DNA of 64,000 nucleotides from Candidatus Babeliales bacterium (GCA_050179755.1 JBFXEV010000001.1:457994-521993); one strand, 5' to 3'; positions 19,053 through 27,895 are shown, counted from the first letter of the stretch. A program made the numbers and translations. Notes: generated by a model not told the origin, from the sequence alone.

Positions 19053-20165
19053 TTAACCGTAAAGATCTTCGGCATGAAATTGCACAACTTGCTCTTTAGC
19101 CTTTTTATCAAGTTCGCCCGTATATGGTAATTTCTTGATTACTCTATTGATGCTTTGCCTAATTTCTTGTTCAAGCTCTTGCGGTGATGCGCCAGGCAAA
19201 TAAAGCTTTGCAAGAGCAAGGCGTTCACGCACTATTGCAGGAATAAGCTCTTTGGCGATAAGTAAACGAATATCTTTAGGAAGAGCAATCTCAGCCCCTG
19301 ATCTTGTGGCGCCGATAATTGTTGGTATGATATGCTGCACCTGTTGTGGTGATACAGAAGTAATAAATGCCCTTACAACTCTTAATGCTCTTGCAACTCT
19401 TTCTGGTCCTTTTTCCAGAACTTCCATCATCTGTTTTGCTGTTTCATGTTTGTGTAACGCTAGTGCAAATGGCGTAGTTCTGAACTTATCTAGCGCATTT
19501 CCATCGGCGCCAGCTTCAATAAGAGTCACTGCAACAGCAGCATTGCCAACGTTATGCAACGGAGTTTGCCCTACACTATTTCGAGCATTTATATCTATTC
19601 CCTTCTTTAAAAGCAACATGGTCGCTTGAGAGCGGCCGGTTTGTGCTGCATAATGCAATGCAGTATTACCTTCTTTATCCTTTGCCAAGTAATTTGCTCC
19701 TGCTTTGATAAGCAATTCTAATGATAATGTATTATTGGTACGTGCAGGGCCTGCTGCTTTTAATAATGGTGTTTCATCAAATTCATTTACAGCATCTATA
19801 TTGCTGGGACGAGCCTCAAGGATCATCTTAACTGCTTGCGCATTACCACTCTCAACAGCCGCATGCAACGGCGTATTTAATAGATCATCTTTAGCATTCA
19901 CATCAGCACCAGCATTAAGTAAAGCCTGCATGGCGCCAAGATCTGCGCGCAGAGCAGCCAAAATGAGTGGCGTGCTTCTTGCTGGGCCTTCTGGCGCCTC
20001 AATATCTGCGCCATCATTAATAAGTTGCGCAACGGACTTAGATCGATCAATCTGTAAGATTGCTTTTATAAGCCGGTCATCACCTCTTTTTGATCCTTTC
20101 ATTGCATCTAACCTGCCCAATGGCAGACAAAGAAAAAACAAACTTACTAAAATATATTTTTTCAT
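19053..20165 (-). CDS. Secreted ankyrin-repeat protein with LPKDIRLLI tail
   Basis: About six ankyrin repeats (STPLILAA, NTPLHAA, ETPLLKAA, NTALHYAA, QTPLH); signal LDA-MK. Confidence 0.92.
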   Translation of the reverse strand: MKKYILVSLFFLCLPLGRLDAMKGSKRGDDRLIKAILQIDRSKSVAQLINDGADIEAPEGPARSTPLILAALRADLGAMQALLNAGADVNAKDDLLNTPLHAAVESGNAQAVKMILEARPSNIDAVNEFDETPLLKAAGPARTNNTLSLELLIKAGANYLAKDKEGNTALHYAAQTGRSQATMLLLKKGIDINARNSVGQTPLHNVGNAAVAVTLIEAGADGNALDKFRTTPFALALHKHETAKQMMEVLEKGPERVARALRVVRAFITSVSPQQVQHIIPTIIGATRSGAEIALPKDIRLLIAKELIPAIVRERLALAKLYLPGASPQELEQEIRQSINRVIKKLPYTGELDKKAKEQVVQFHAEDLYG

Positions 20166-20472
20166 CAGTAATCTTTCATTGATATTCATACCCAAGTTTT
20201 CATTGAGTACTATTACTCAATTTCAGCATAACACTTTTTTAAGCGCAATATCAATGGTTTGTTGCAGGTTGAATATCCTACCCAGTTTGTAGCCTAACCT
20301 GCAAATAACGAGCAAATGCATAAATAGAAGCAAAACCCTACTGTTTGCCCAATCATTTTTGATATACTAAAAGTGTAGGAATATGCTCCAGAAGCAGATT
20401 TTAAAGGCTACCTGGAATACAAAAAAGCCGCATTAGTTTATTAAAAAATTAATGCGGCCACAAGGAGTAATC

Positions 20473-20874
20473 ATGCCATACAAATCAAATAAACAATTAC
20501 CAAAGGGTGTAAAAGGCCACACGCCAAAACACGCACAAGATACGTACCGTAAAGCATTTAACAGTGCTTTAAAGGAATATGGTCAAGAAGACCGTGCAGC
20601 AAAAGTCGCATGGGCTGCAGTAAAAAAAGCTGGCTATAAAAAATCCGCTTCAACTGGTGAATGGTCTAAAGCCAAGACGAAAAAAGCGTCTTCTAAAACC
20701 ACAACACACAAAAAGAAGACAACTGCAAAGAAGCACACTACTGCCAAAAGAACAACTGCAAAACGTGCCACAACTAAACGTTCTCCGGCAAAACATGCAA
20801 CAAGCAAAAAGCGTGTTACCAAGCGCACTGCAACAAAAAAACGCGCCGTAAAGCGCGCTCCATCGAGACGATAA
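20473..20874 (+). CDS. chaB: ChaB-family protein with histone H1-like Lys/Arg/Thr/Ala-rich tail
   Basis: MPYKS..LP..V....P.HAQD.YRKAFNSA..Y.....A.KVAWAAVKK is the ChaB signature, followed by TTAKK/TTAKR/ATTKR repeats. AAGGAG RBS. Confidence 0.85.
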   Translation: MPYKSNKQLPKGVKGHTPKHAQDTYRKAFNSALKEYGQEDRAAKVAWAAVKKAGYKKSASTGEWSKAKTKKASSKTTTHKKKTTAKKHTTAKRTTAKRATTKRSPAKHATSKKRVTKRTATKKRAVKRAPSRR

Positions 20875-20880
20875 CCTAGT

Positions 20881-20920
20881 AAAAAGAAAGGCGCTCTAAA
20901 AATGGGCGCCTTTCTTTTTA
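20881..20920. terminator. Bidirectional intrinsic terminator
   Basis: AAAAAGAAAGGCGC-loop-GCGCCTTTCTTTTT between convergent genes. Confidence 0.85.
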
Positions 20921-20921
20921 A

Positions 20922-22616
20922 TTAATCTTTTGTTTCAGTTTTACTATAATCAAATTTATCATACGCGGGCGGACCGTAAAGATTGTAAGCCTCTTCACTA
21001 TCAAACCACTTATGCGCAGCATCTTTTAAATAGAGAATTGCTGCAAGCGCCTTATAATAATCCACATTAGATAGATAAGGATCAGGCCGACTGCCACGTA
21101 AATTTGGCTGTAAATGGGCTGCAATGGTTTTTGCCGCAGAACTATCATCAATTGATGAAGCAAGATCAGCCTCATATTCTGCAAACTTATGATACGTTTG
21201 TATTGAAGCTGATTTTAATACTTTATCAACTGAATGACTCTTTTGGCTGTACAAATAGTCAGAAATACAAGCTTGCACTATAGTATGATACGAGCACATA
21301 TGTCCGCCAAGCTCATGCTCTAACGTAGCAAGAATACTATCGGCGGTGGCGGTTCTAAGCCATTCTGCATTTAAAGACAATTTATATATCAATTTATTTG
21401 CCACATGCCCTACACTCACTGAAGCTATTGCCGTTGGGTCTTTCTCCCTTTTAACAACTATTTTTTCCAGAATACCTCTTTTTTTACAAATCGCAGCTAT
21501 TGCTTCTTTAACGTCATCACGCACATCTATCAAATAAATAAATTGAAGTGCTGATGAATCAATACGTAAAAACGCTTGCTTGTGAACTTCTATTGCGTGC
21601 TCTATAGCAACCCAATCTTGTGCAGTAAGTTGAAATTCTTTTGAAATTGCTTGATAGACAAGCGCTCTTTCTTGCTCTATATGTTCATGCAGAGCCTTTA
21701 CCATTTCGCCTTTATTGTAATTATAACGATCTTTAAGATATACCGTCACAATAAATTTTTGTATATGGATAGGGCATGTTTTTAGATATACAAAAAGCTG
21801 GGTTGCATTATACGTTCTAATTGCTCTATTAATACCTAAGTGCTGCGCCAGTTGCTCAGTAGCTTTTGCGCAATAAGCAGGCTTTAAACAATCAACCGCT
21901 TGCGTAAATTGATCTACCGCTTCTGGTTTGAGCGTAGCTTGACTCAGTACAGAAGCTCTTTGGGATACAAAATGCTTATACTGTTTATTCAAGGCGATCG
22001 CAATAACCTCATGCGTTTCATCTTGCGCATCCCCTTTGAGAAGATAAGCAATTTGCTCAAGAGTAAACAACGTGATATTGCTCGCAAGCGCCTGTGCAAG
22101 AATGGTATGCGATTTGGCATCAGAAAGCTGCAGGGCTGTAACAATAACATCAACTGGATACTTTGTAATGCTCTGCGCCATACGTTGCGCTATAACCTGT
22201 TTATGTGCTTGCGTGCCATGTTGAAATACATCAAGCACTGCTTGCATATTGGTTATGTCAACTTTATCAATAGGTAGAGCATCACCCTCCTCCGCCAAGG
22301 CTCCGGCGGGCATGTCTGCTGATGTTTGATCTTGCGCAATGGCCAAACCAACGGCCAATGCACCAATTGGCAACGCATACTGAGTAGAAGATGAACTTTG
22401 AGATTCATTGTGCTCATAACTTTTACTGCCAAGCAGTAAACGCACGGGCGCTTGACTTTTTAGCTCTGCTAGCGGCTTTGCGCTGTGTTTTGCAACCACT
22501 GCAGTGCGCACTGGATGACCGCTTGAAAGCAACTGCTGTGTAGCTCGTCTCATCGCTTGTAGTGGCAAGCAAAAAGTTGCTAACGCTAAGAATAAAATTT
22601 TAAAATACATAATCAT
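20922..22616 (-). CDS. Secreted helical-repeat protein with C-terminal zinc-metalloprotease-like domain
   Basis: Signal LQA-MRR, hydrophobic segment, helical repeats, then LEHELGGH..AEYEAD (M48-like, with an extra residue in HExxH). Confidence 0.7.
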   Translation of the reverse strand: MIMYFKILFLALATFCLPLQAMRRATQQLLSSGHPVRTAVVAKHSAKPLAELKSQAPVRLLLGSKSYEHNESQSSSSTQYALPIGALAVGLAIAQDQTSADMPAGALAEEGDALPIDKVDITNMQAVLDVFQHGTQAHKQVIAQRMAQSITKYPVDVIVTALQLSDAKSHTILAQALASNITLFTLEQIAYLLKGDAQDETHEVIAIALNKQYKHFVSQRASVLSQATLKPEAVDQFTQAVDCLKPAYCAKATEQLAQHLGINRAIRTYNATQLFVYLKTCPIHIQKFIVTVYLKDRYNYNKGEMVKALHEHIEQERALVYQAISKEFQLTAQDWVAIEHAIEVHKQAFLRIDSSALQFIYLIDVRDDVKEAIAAICKKRGILEKIVVKREKDPTAIASVSVGHVANKLIYKLSLNAEWLRTATADSILATLEHELGGHMCSYHTIVQACISDYLYSQKSHSVDKVLKSASIQTYHKFAEYEADLASSIDDSSAAKTIAAHLQPNLRGSRPDPYLSNVDYYKALAAILYLKDAAHKWFDSEEAYNLYGPPAYDKFDYSKTETKD

Positions 22617-22628
22617 AATAACCCTCGT

Positions 22629-22709
22629 GTAGCCCGAATTGGTTTACAAAACTTGTAAACTGAGACGGGATTTAGCCCGAATTAATTTATGTAAATAAAT
22701 TGAGACAGG
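22629..22709. repeat. Two tandem REP-like palindromic units (43-bp period)
   Basis: TAGCCCGAATT-[inner palindrome]-GAGAC(G/A)GG twice; the inner stems differ in sequence but both pair. Confidence 0.8.
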
Positions 22710-22713
22710 TCCA

Positions 22714-25317
22714 TTAGTTTTTCTTCTTCATTAAAACATCTAAAACCGGCTTATAGACTTTATAACTTTGCGCAGGTGTCATCTTACCTTCAAATGATTT
22801 AGGATTCTCTTGTGCAATGCGTGCAATAAGCGCTTCTAATTTAGCAATAAGTGCATCAAGCTTGCTTTGATCAAAATCGCCATAAGCACGAATTTCTGCC
22901 CCCTGCTCACGCAATGTATGCACCGTATCTGGAGTCATGACCACGCAGAATTCTTGCATATCTGAGTTATCAAAAGTCTCAGGTGCAGTTTTTAATGTGT
23001 TAACAATAGTTGCAACATTATCAGTTTCTTCACCGCTGATCTTAAGTTTTTTCTTCATACCACCAGGGAATGCCAAATATACATGCTCATTCAAATTCTC
23101 ATGTGGTATAGTCAGTTGTAAAAGCACGCTTTTTGGCACAATTTCTTTAAATTCTTTTTCTAACTGCTTAAATTCAACATTATATTTACTAAAGAGCGCC
23201 TGATCACCAAATTTATCCAAAATGGTTTGAGTAGTTATTGCTGGATCCCCCACATTATGATTCTTTAAAAAATAGAATATTGAACAACTACCAGTATTAG
23301 TTAAGTTGCCAAAGAGTGCATAATTGGCAAACAGGAGATAAGGCCGCAGTTCATCTTGGCCATACTTTCGGCCTTTTGCAAGCAATTTTGTTTTGGTGCT
23401 TTGACCATAAGCTTGTAATACCGCATTGGAAAATTCAGTTTGTTCATCTGGAAACCGAGTAAAGAGATAATTGCCTACTTTTTGTTGGTATTTTTGCTCC
23501 CATAACTTGGTATAGAGTAATTCTAGCCAATATACCGGGCTACGTTGTGAATGATAAAAGACCGCTGATTTATCAGAAATTGCGTGCTCATGACTTAGTG
23601 CTTCTTGAAAGGCTTCTTTATATTTTGGATTAGTAAGCAGTTTGCTTACATATTCCCATGCTTTTCTGGTATTTTTTCTAAGATGTGCTACAGATTGACT
23701 ATCAATTTTTTGCTCACCGATAAAATCATTTGTTTTCTTTTCTATTGCACGTAAAATTAGTTCTATATAGCCGTCACCCTTGAATTGCAGCCTAGTTAAT
23801 ATAAGATCTATATCGTACTTTTCAATATTATCTACAACAGCTTGGGCAATTTGCAATCTTCTATCTTGTTCCGAAATGCTTTCAAATAATCTTACAACAT
23901 CCCCTGAACTATATCCTCCCATATTCCTTATTATTGCTGCAAAAAGAAGTTCATTCGCACGCCCACTTACTCTGTCTAAAAAATTAATTGCATCTTGTGC
24001 ATTGTATTTTTCTATATTCTGTATAATTACTCCAAAAACAAGATCCCTTATCTGATTATTTTCATGTGTGCCACCGCGTTCAAACCTGTTTAAAACATGC
24101 CATAAAAGTTCGCTTTCATACATAAGAAAATCATCTTCAAAACGCAGCATAAGAGCATCTACTATCATTGCTCCATATTTTTTAGAAAGTTGCATACACC
24201 GTATTAAAACCCGTTGACCTATACGTACGTCTTCTACATATTTCTTAATTTCAGCACATATCGGTGGCACAATAGCCTGCAACACAAGCCCTGCACTTTC
24301 ACCCGAAACGTCTAAAATTTGTTTTTGGTGAGCCATGCTCATCTTCTCAATAATCCCTTTATGGATCATCGCACTAACAAGATCTTTACGAGCAGCCTCG
24401 TTTGTACGTTTTAAAATTCTTAAAATAAATGCTAAAGATAATTGCTCGCTATTGTTTATAATAGCCGAACAAACAACGGCTCTATTTTCAGCGCTGATCG
24501 TAGAATTATAGTTATGTAAAAGAAATACAATTTCATCTATACGATAATGCATGATATCATTGGCAATAACTCGAATGAGTATACTTTGATATTTTTGATT
24601 TAAGACGCTTATAAGAAAAGCAAAATTACCCCGGTTATTTTTATAATGAGGGCTACCAAAAAATTTGCCATAAACGGTATTTCCTATAAGGCTGTCATAA
24701 TGCTTTGCCAGTGCATACGCAAATAGTTCATGAGTTTCTTCTTGATTGTCGCGATACAAGAACCCAGTAATTTGATCGAATGAAAAACTCCTAATATTTT
24801 TAATGAGAGCATTTAATACTATGCGGTGCGGCCTGCCACTTGTTTTACGCAACATCTTAATGATGTCCCAATCTGAATAAGAAGTGATTTTTTTAGCTAT
24901 CTTTTGAGCAAGCTCTCGCTTTTCATCTTCAGTTCCATTTTTGAATATTTCAAGAACAGCCGTTATATCAAATATATCGAGCGTATCAACAATTGATCTG
25001 CTTTCTTCTAAGGCATGCTCTTGCGCCATTGCCAAACCAACAGCAACCGCACCAATAGATGGTATGGCGTATGGATTAAATGCATGGGTGTGCGATTTAT
25101 CTTGAGAGTGGCCTTGTTCATACTTATTGCTACCAGAGAGTGGGCGAATAGGAACTTGGCTTTTTATATCTATTGTTGGTTTTGCAAGATGCTTTGCTAC
25201 CATTGGAGTGCGCACAGGCTTGCTTAAAAGCTGCTGTGTGGCACGCTTCATGGCATGGATAGGAGCAATACCACTAAATAGTGCTAAAAAAAGGGTAATT
25301 TGTTTGAATACGGTCAT
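22714..25317 (-). CDS. Large secreted helical-repeat protein with C-terminal globular (possibly ADP-ribosyltransferase-like) domain
   Basis: N-terminus paralogous to 20922..22616; repeats of type IIxNIExYxxxDxxxxL; C-terminal domain shared with 26086..27534. Confidence 0.75.
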   Translation of the reverse strand: MTVFKQITLFLALFSGIAPIHAMKRATQQLLSKPVRTPMVAKHLAKPTIDIKSQVPIRPLSGSNKYEQGHSQDKSHTHAFNPYAIPSIGAVAVGLAMAQEHALEESRSIVDTLDIFDITAVLEIFKNGTEDEKRELAQKIAKKITSYSDWDIIKMLRKTSGRPHRIVLNALIKNIRSFSFDQITGFLYRDNQEETHELFAYALAKHYDSLIGNTVYGKFFGSPHYKNNRGNFAFLISVLNQKYQSILIRVIANDIMHYRIDEIVFLLHNYNSTISAENRAVVCSAIINNSEQLSLAFILRILKRTNEAARKDLVSAMIHKGIIEKMSMAHQKQILDVSGESAGLVLQAIVPPICAEIKKYVEDVRIGQRVLIRCMQLSKKYGAMIVDALMLRFEDDFLMYESELLWHVLNRFERGGTHENNQIRDLVFGVIIQNIEKYNAQDAINFLDRVSGRANELLFAAIIRNMGGYSSGDVVRLFESISEQDRRLQIAQAVVDNIEKYDIDLILTRLQFKGDGYIELILRAIEKKTNDFIGEQKIDSQSVAHLRKNTRKAWEYVSKLLTNPKYKEAFQEALSHEHAISDKSAVFYHSQRSPVYWLELLYTKLWEQKYQQKVGNYLFTRFPDEQTEFSNAVLQAYGQSTKTKLLAKGRKYGQDELRPYLLFANYALFGNLTNTGSCSIFYFLKNHNVGDPAITTQTILDKFGDQALFSKYNVEFKQLEKEFKEIVPKSVLLQLTIPHENLNEHVYLAFPGGMKKKLKISGEETDNVATIVNTLKTAPETFDNSDMQEFCVVMTPDTVHTLREQGAEIRAYGDFDQSKLDALIAKLEALIARIAQENPKSFEGKMTPAQSYKVYKPVLDVLMKKKN

Positions 25318-25552
25318 TATAACCTCCAGGTTAAACTGCTATATTATTATTTCTAATTGTAAATATTTATACGAAAAAGTCAAGTTTTATGAATTTGAAC
25401 CTGACCAAACCTGCCTTTTTAGAAGAACGCCTTCCCCCCATATAGCATTGAGAAAAGTAAGAGAGAAAGAGAGTATGCTTGACCAGACCTCCCTTAGACG
25501 CATGAACTCACACATGATATACTGCCTATAGATCATTTGCTTCAAGGATTTT

Positions 25553-26089
25553 ATGCACACTCATAACAAAATTGTTTCTTTTTTCTGCTTTCTCATTTTT
25601 TACTCTGCAGTATCCACTGCTATGCACACAACTACTTCACAAAAACACACGCATTTAAGCCGCGTACTATCTAAAGAACTTGATCATACCATGGCACAGT
25701 TATTTGGTGTTACCGAAAATACATCCCACGATATATGTTTAGAAGTGGCGTTATTGAAAGATTCTACGCTTACCCTTATTTTGCAAGAAGCTCAAAAAAC
25801 AACATATACATATAATGCGCAATGCATAGAAGCTGCACGCAAAAGAACTCGCCGTCATCTTACCCATGCCATTGGCAACTTTGCACGCACCATCTATGTT
25901 GCGCATTATGCAAACCCCAATCATCACCAGTTGACAAGCACATCCATTGCAAATGCGCTTTGTATCAAGATACGAGCAGATGCATTAGTTGCCTATGAAC
26001 TATCAACACTAAAATCACCGCTAGCAAGTTTTACGGGCCAAGCATTGCGCGAACGCATAGAAAATTTGCTTGACCCGTTTAAATACTAA
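25553..26089 (+). CDS. Secreted hypothetical protein, same family as 29857 and 30416 genes
   Basis: Signal STA-MH; LF..LEV..LKD.TL and FTGQALRERI blocks. Confidence 0.75.
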   Translation: MHTHNKIVSFFCFLIFYSAVSTAMHTTTSQKHTHLSRVLSKELDHTMAQLFGVTENTSHDICLEVALLKDSTLTLILQEAQKTTYTYNAQCIEAARKRTRRHLTHAIGNFARTIYVAHYANPNHHQLTSTSIANALCIKIRADALVAYELSTLKSPLASFTGQALRERIENLLDPFKY

Positions 26090-27534
26090 ACAGAATCTTT
26101 TTTCTGCTCTAACGTGTAATCCTTCACCTCTTGCGCTATTTCATACATGCGCTGCGTCATTGCCCGCAACTTCTCAGGTTTGCCAAGCAGATAAAACCGC
26201 ATAGATACGTTTTCTGGCTTTGCAAGTTCAGGGTGCAAAAGCACGCGCGCTTGATGTGGCCAGAGCACATTTTGTGTTTCAGGATCCTCAAGCCAACCCA
26301 ATGCTTCTGGATTTCTATGCGTGCGTATACCAAGCGGCTCTGATAAATAGCACCATTTTTTTGCCAGTTCCTCTTTGATGCTTAATTGCAGCAACCCAGC
26401 ACTTGCAAGCGATTCCATTGCATTAAGTTCTGCACGATATTTTTCATATAATGCTTGCGCACCATATTCTTTAAACGTATCATGCATAAATGCATTATGC
26501 GCATCACCCTTAAAGCGTTTATCAAGCAACGCAGGAAATGAAGTAACTAACCGTGGATTTTTTACTAAATCCCATGCAACTTGGCCTGCAAGCAACAAGG
26601 CAACCAGCGGCCCGCCAGCATAACCGGCTATTGCTACATCAAGCGCCTGATAACCCCACGATGAAGGCCGTGTTACAAACTCAGCGCTTGAGTCTTTATA
26701 ACCATCGCGCCACCAGCAATTTTGCCCAAAAAAACCAAGGTTGGTTGAAAGCAAATGCTTTTGCGCAGGCCCTTTATCAAAAAGTACTGTATATTCACCT
26801 GTTGGCATAGATCCGCACCCGGGTATGCGCTGCATCACTTGCTCATGCGGTGCTTTATCTATATTGGCATCATAATATGCATGCACATCGTGATATTCAC
26901 CAAGATCGGCAACGGTTGAATCATCACGCAACTTTACAAAATGTTCACGCTTTTCTTGAGCGCGCAGCACTTCATCAAATATCGTGCGCAATACTATGCT
27001 TGCACCCTGACTGGTGCCATGCACCAAGGTAACGTTACCTGCTAAGCGCTGATCATGCTCCTCGATTGAAAGTTCTTGCACAAGCGCGGTGAGCCGATTA
27101 CGAGATGTGGGTAAAAAGTTCCAAAAATGGGCAAACAACGTGCCATCCACACGATCAACATATTTGTGACTAAACTTAGCCTTTAACTGCGCAAGTGGTG
27201 CATACGTATAGTACCAATCTTGATCAAATTGGCGCTTGGTTACCGAATGTGTTAACGCCTCCATATCACGCTGATCACTCAGCACGGGAGCCAGCGTTTT
27301 TAAACTTAATGGCGTGCTTACGTCTACAAAACGCAGCTTTTTTTCATGCACATGATCATATACCGAGCCTGCAGTATACAAACCCGCGGTAGCAACAATG
27401 CATTTAGTAAGCGCAGGTTTGCTTTTTAGCGTTTCAAAAAATTGAGTACGAGCACCTTTCATAGCCAAAACAGATGGCATAAATAATGCACTTGCCAGCA
27501 TACAAAATGCGGCAAAAAGAGTATTGGTATTCAT
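26086..27534 (-). CDS. Secreted protein sharing the C-terminal domain of 22714..25317
   Basis: Signal VLA-MK; TLVHGTS..HLLSTNLGFFG..YGAQALYEKY..LLQLSI..YLSEPLG aligns with VFYHSQ..YLLFANYALFG..FGDQALFSKY..LLQLTI..YLAFPGG. Confidence 0.75.
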   Translation of the reverse strand: MNTNTLFAAFCMLASALFMPSVLAMKGARTQFFETLKSKPALTKCIVATAGLYTAGSVYDHVHEKKLRFVDVSTPLSLKTLAPVLSDQRDMEALTHSVTKRQFDQDWYYTYAPLAQLKAKFSHKYVDRVDGTLFAHFWNFLPTSRNRLTALVQELSIEEHDQRLAGNVTLVHGTSQGASIVLRTIFDEVLRAQEKREHFVKLRDDSTVADLGEYHDVHAYYDANIDKAPHEQVMQRIPGCGSMPTGEYTVLFDKGPAQKHLLSTNLGFFGQNCWWRDGYKDSSAEFVTRPSSWGYQALDVAIAGYAGGPLVALLLAGQVAWDLVKNPRLVTSFPALLDKRFKGDAHNAFMHDTFKEYGAQALYEKYRAELNAMESLASAGLLQLSIKEELAKKWCYLSEPLGIRTHRNPEALGWLEDPETQNVLWPHQARVLLHPELAKPENVSMRFYLLGKPEKLRAMTQRMYEIAQEVKDYTLEQKKDSV

Positions 27535-27636
27535 AGAAGTACCTATATTAAAAAAATAAATAAAAATTAATAGCTTACATGCCTAAATGAGGCATTAAAC
27601 AAAAAAATGACAAATTTAAAAAATGGAGCTTGTCTC

Positions 27637-27762
27637 TTATGAGACAACAATAATGGGTAAAATGACAGAAGAGACAAGAGAAATAGAAAGGATGCCAGAG
27701 TTGCTGGTTAATGGAAATTGCATGAGTGTATCATTAAGATACTGCAGAGTAAAAGTGGTCAT
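27637..27762 (-). CDS. Possible 41-aa small hydrophobic protein
   Basis: AAAGGG upstream of MTTFTLQYLNDTLMQFPLTSNSGILSISLVSSVILPIIVVS*; the stop lies in a hairpin. Confidence 0.3.
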   Translation of the reverse strand: MTTFTLQYLNDTLMQFPLTSNSGILSISLVSSVILPIIVVS

Positions 27763-27895
27763 AAAAAGCCCTTTCAGCTTTTTGTTAAATATAATTCACT
27801 TTCAGCTTAACTCATTCTCATAAAAATTACAAGAGGAATTTAATTGGCTATTTTGGACTTTCATAGACCATTAAAACCGCAAAAATTAAATCAAA

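Noticed and set aside
19252..20292. Long plus-strand ORFs (125 and 195 aa), and similar antisense ORFs inside clpB, gspD, aspS, infB and nusA
   Set aside because: They are antisense or alternate-frame shadows of well-supported genes, with no motifs or RBS.
22629..22709. Mini CRISPR array or integron attC sites
   Set aside because: Only two units, the 'spacers' are self-complementary stems, no cas or intI gene in the window, and no RYYYAAC/GTTRRRY ends.
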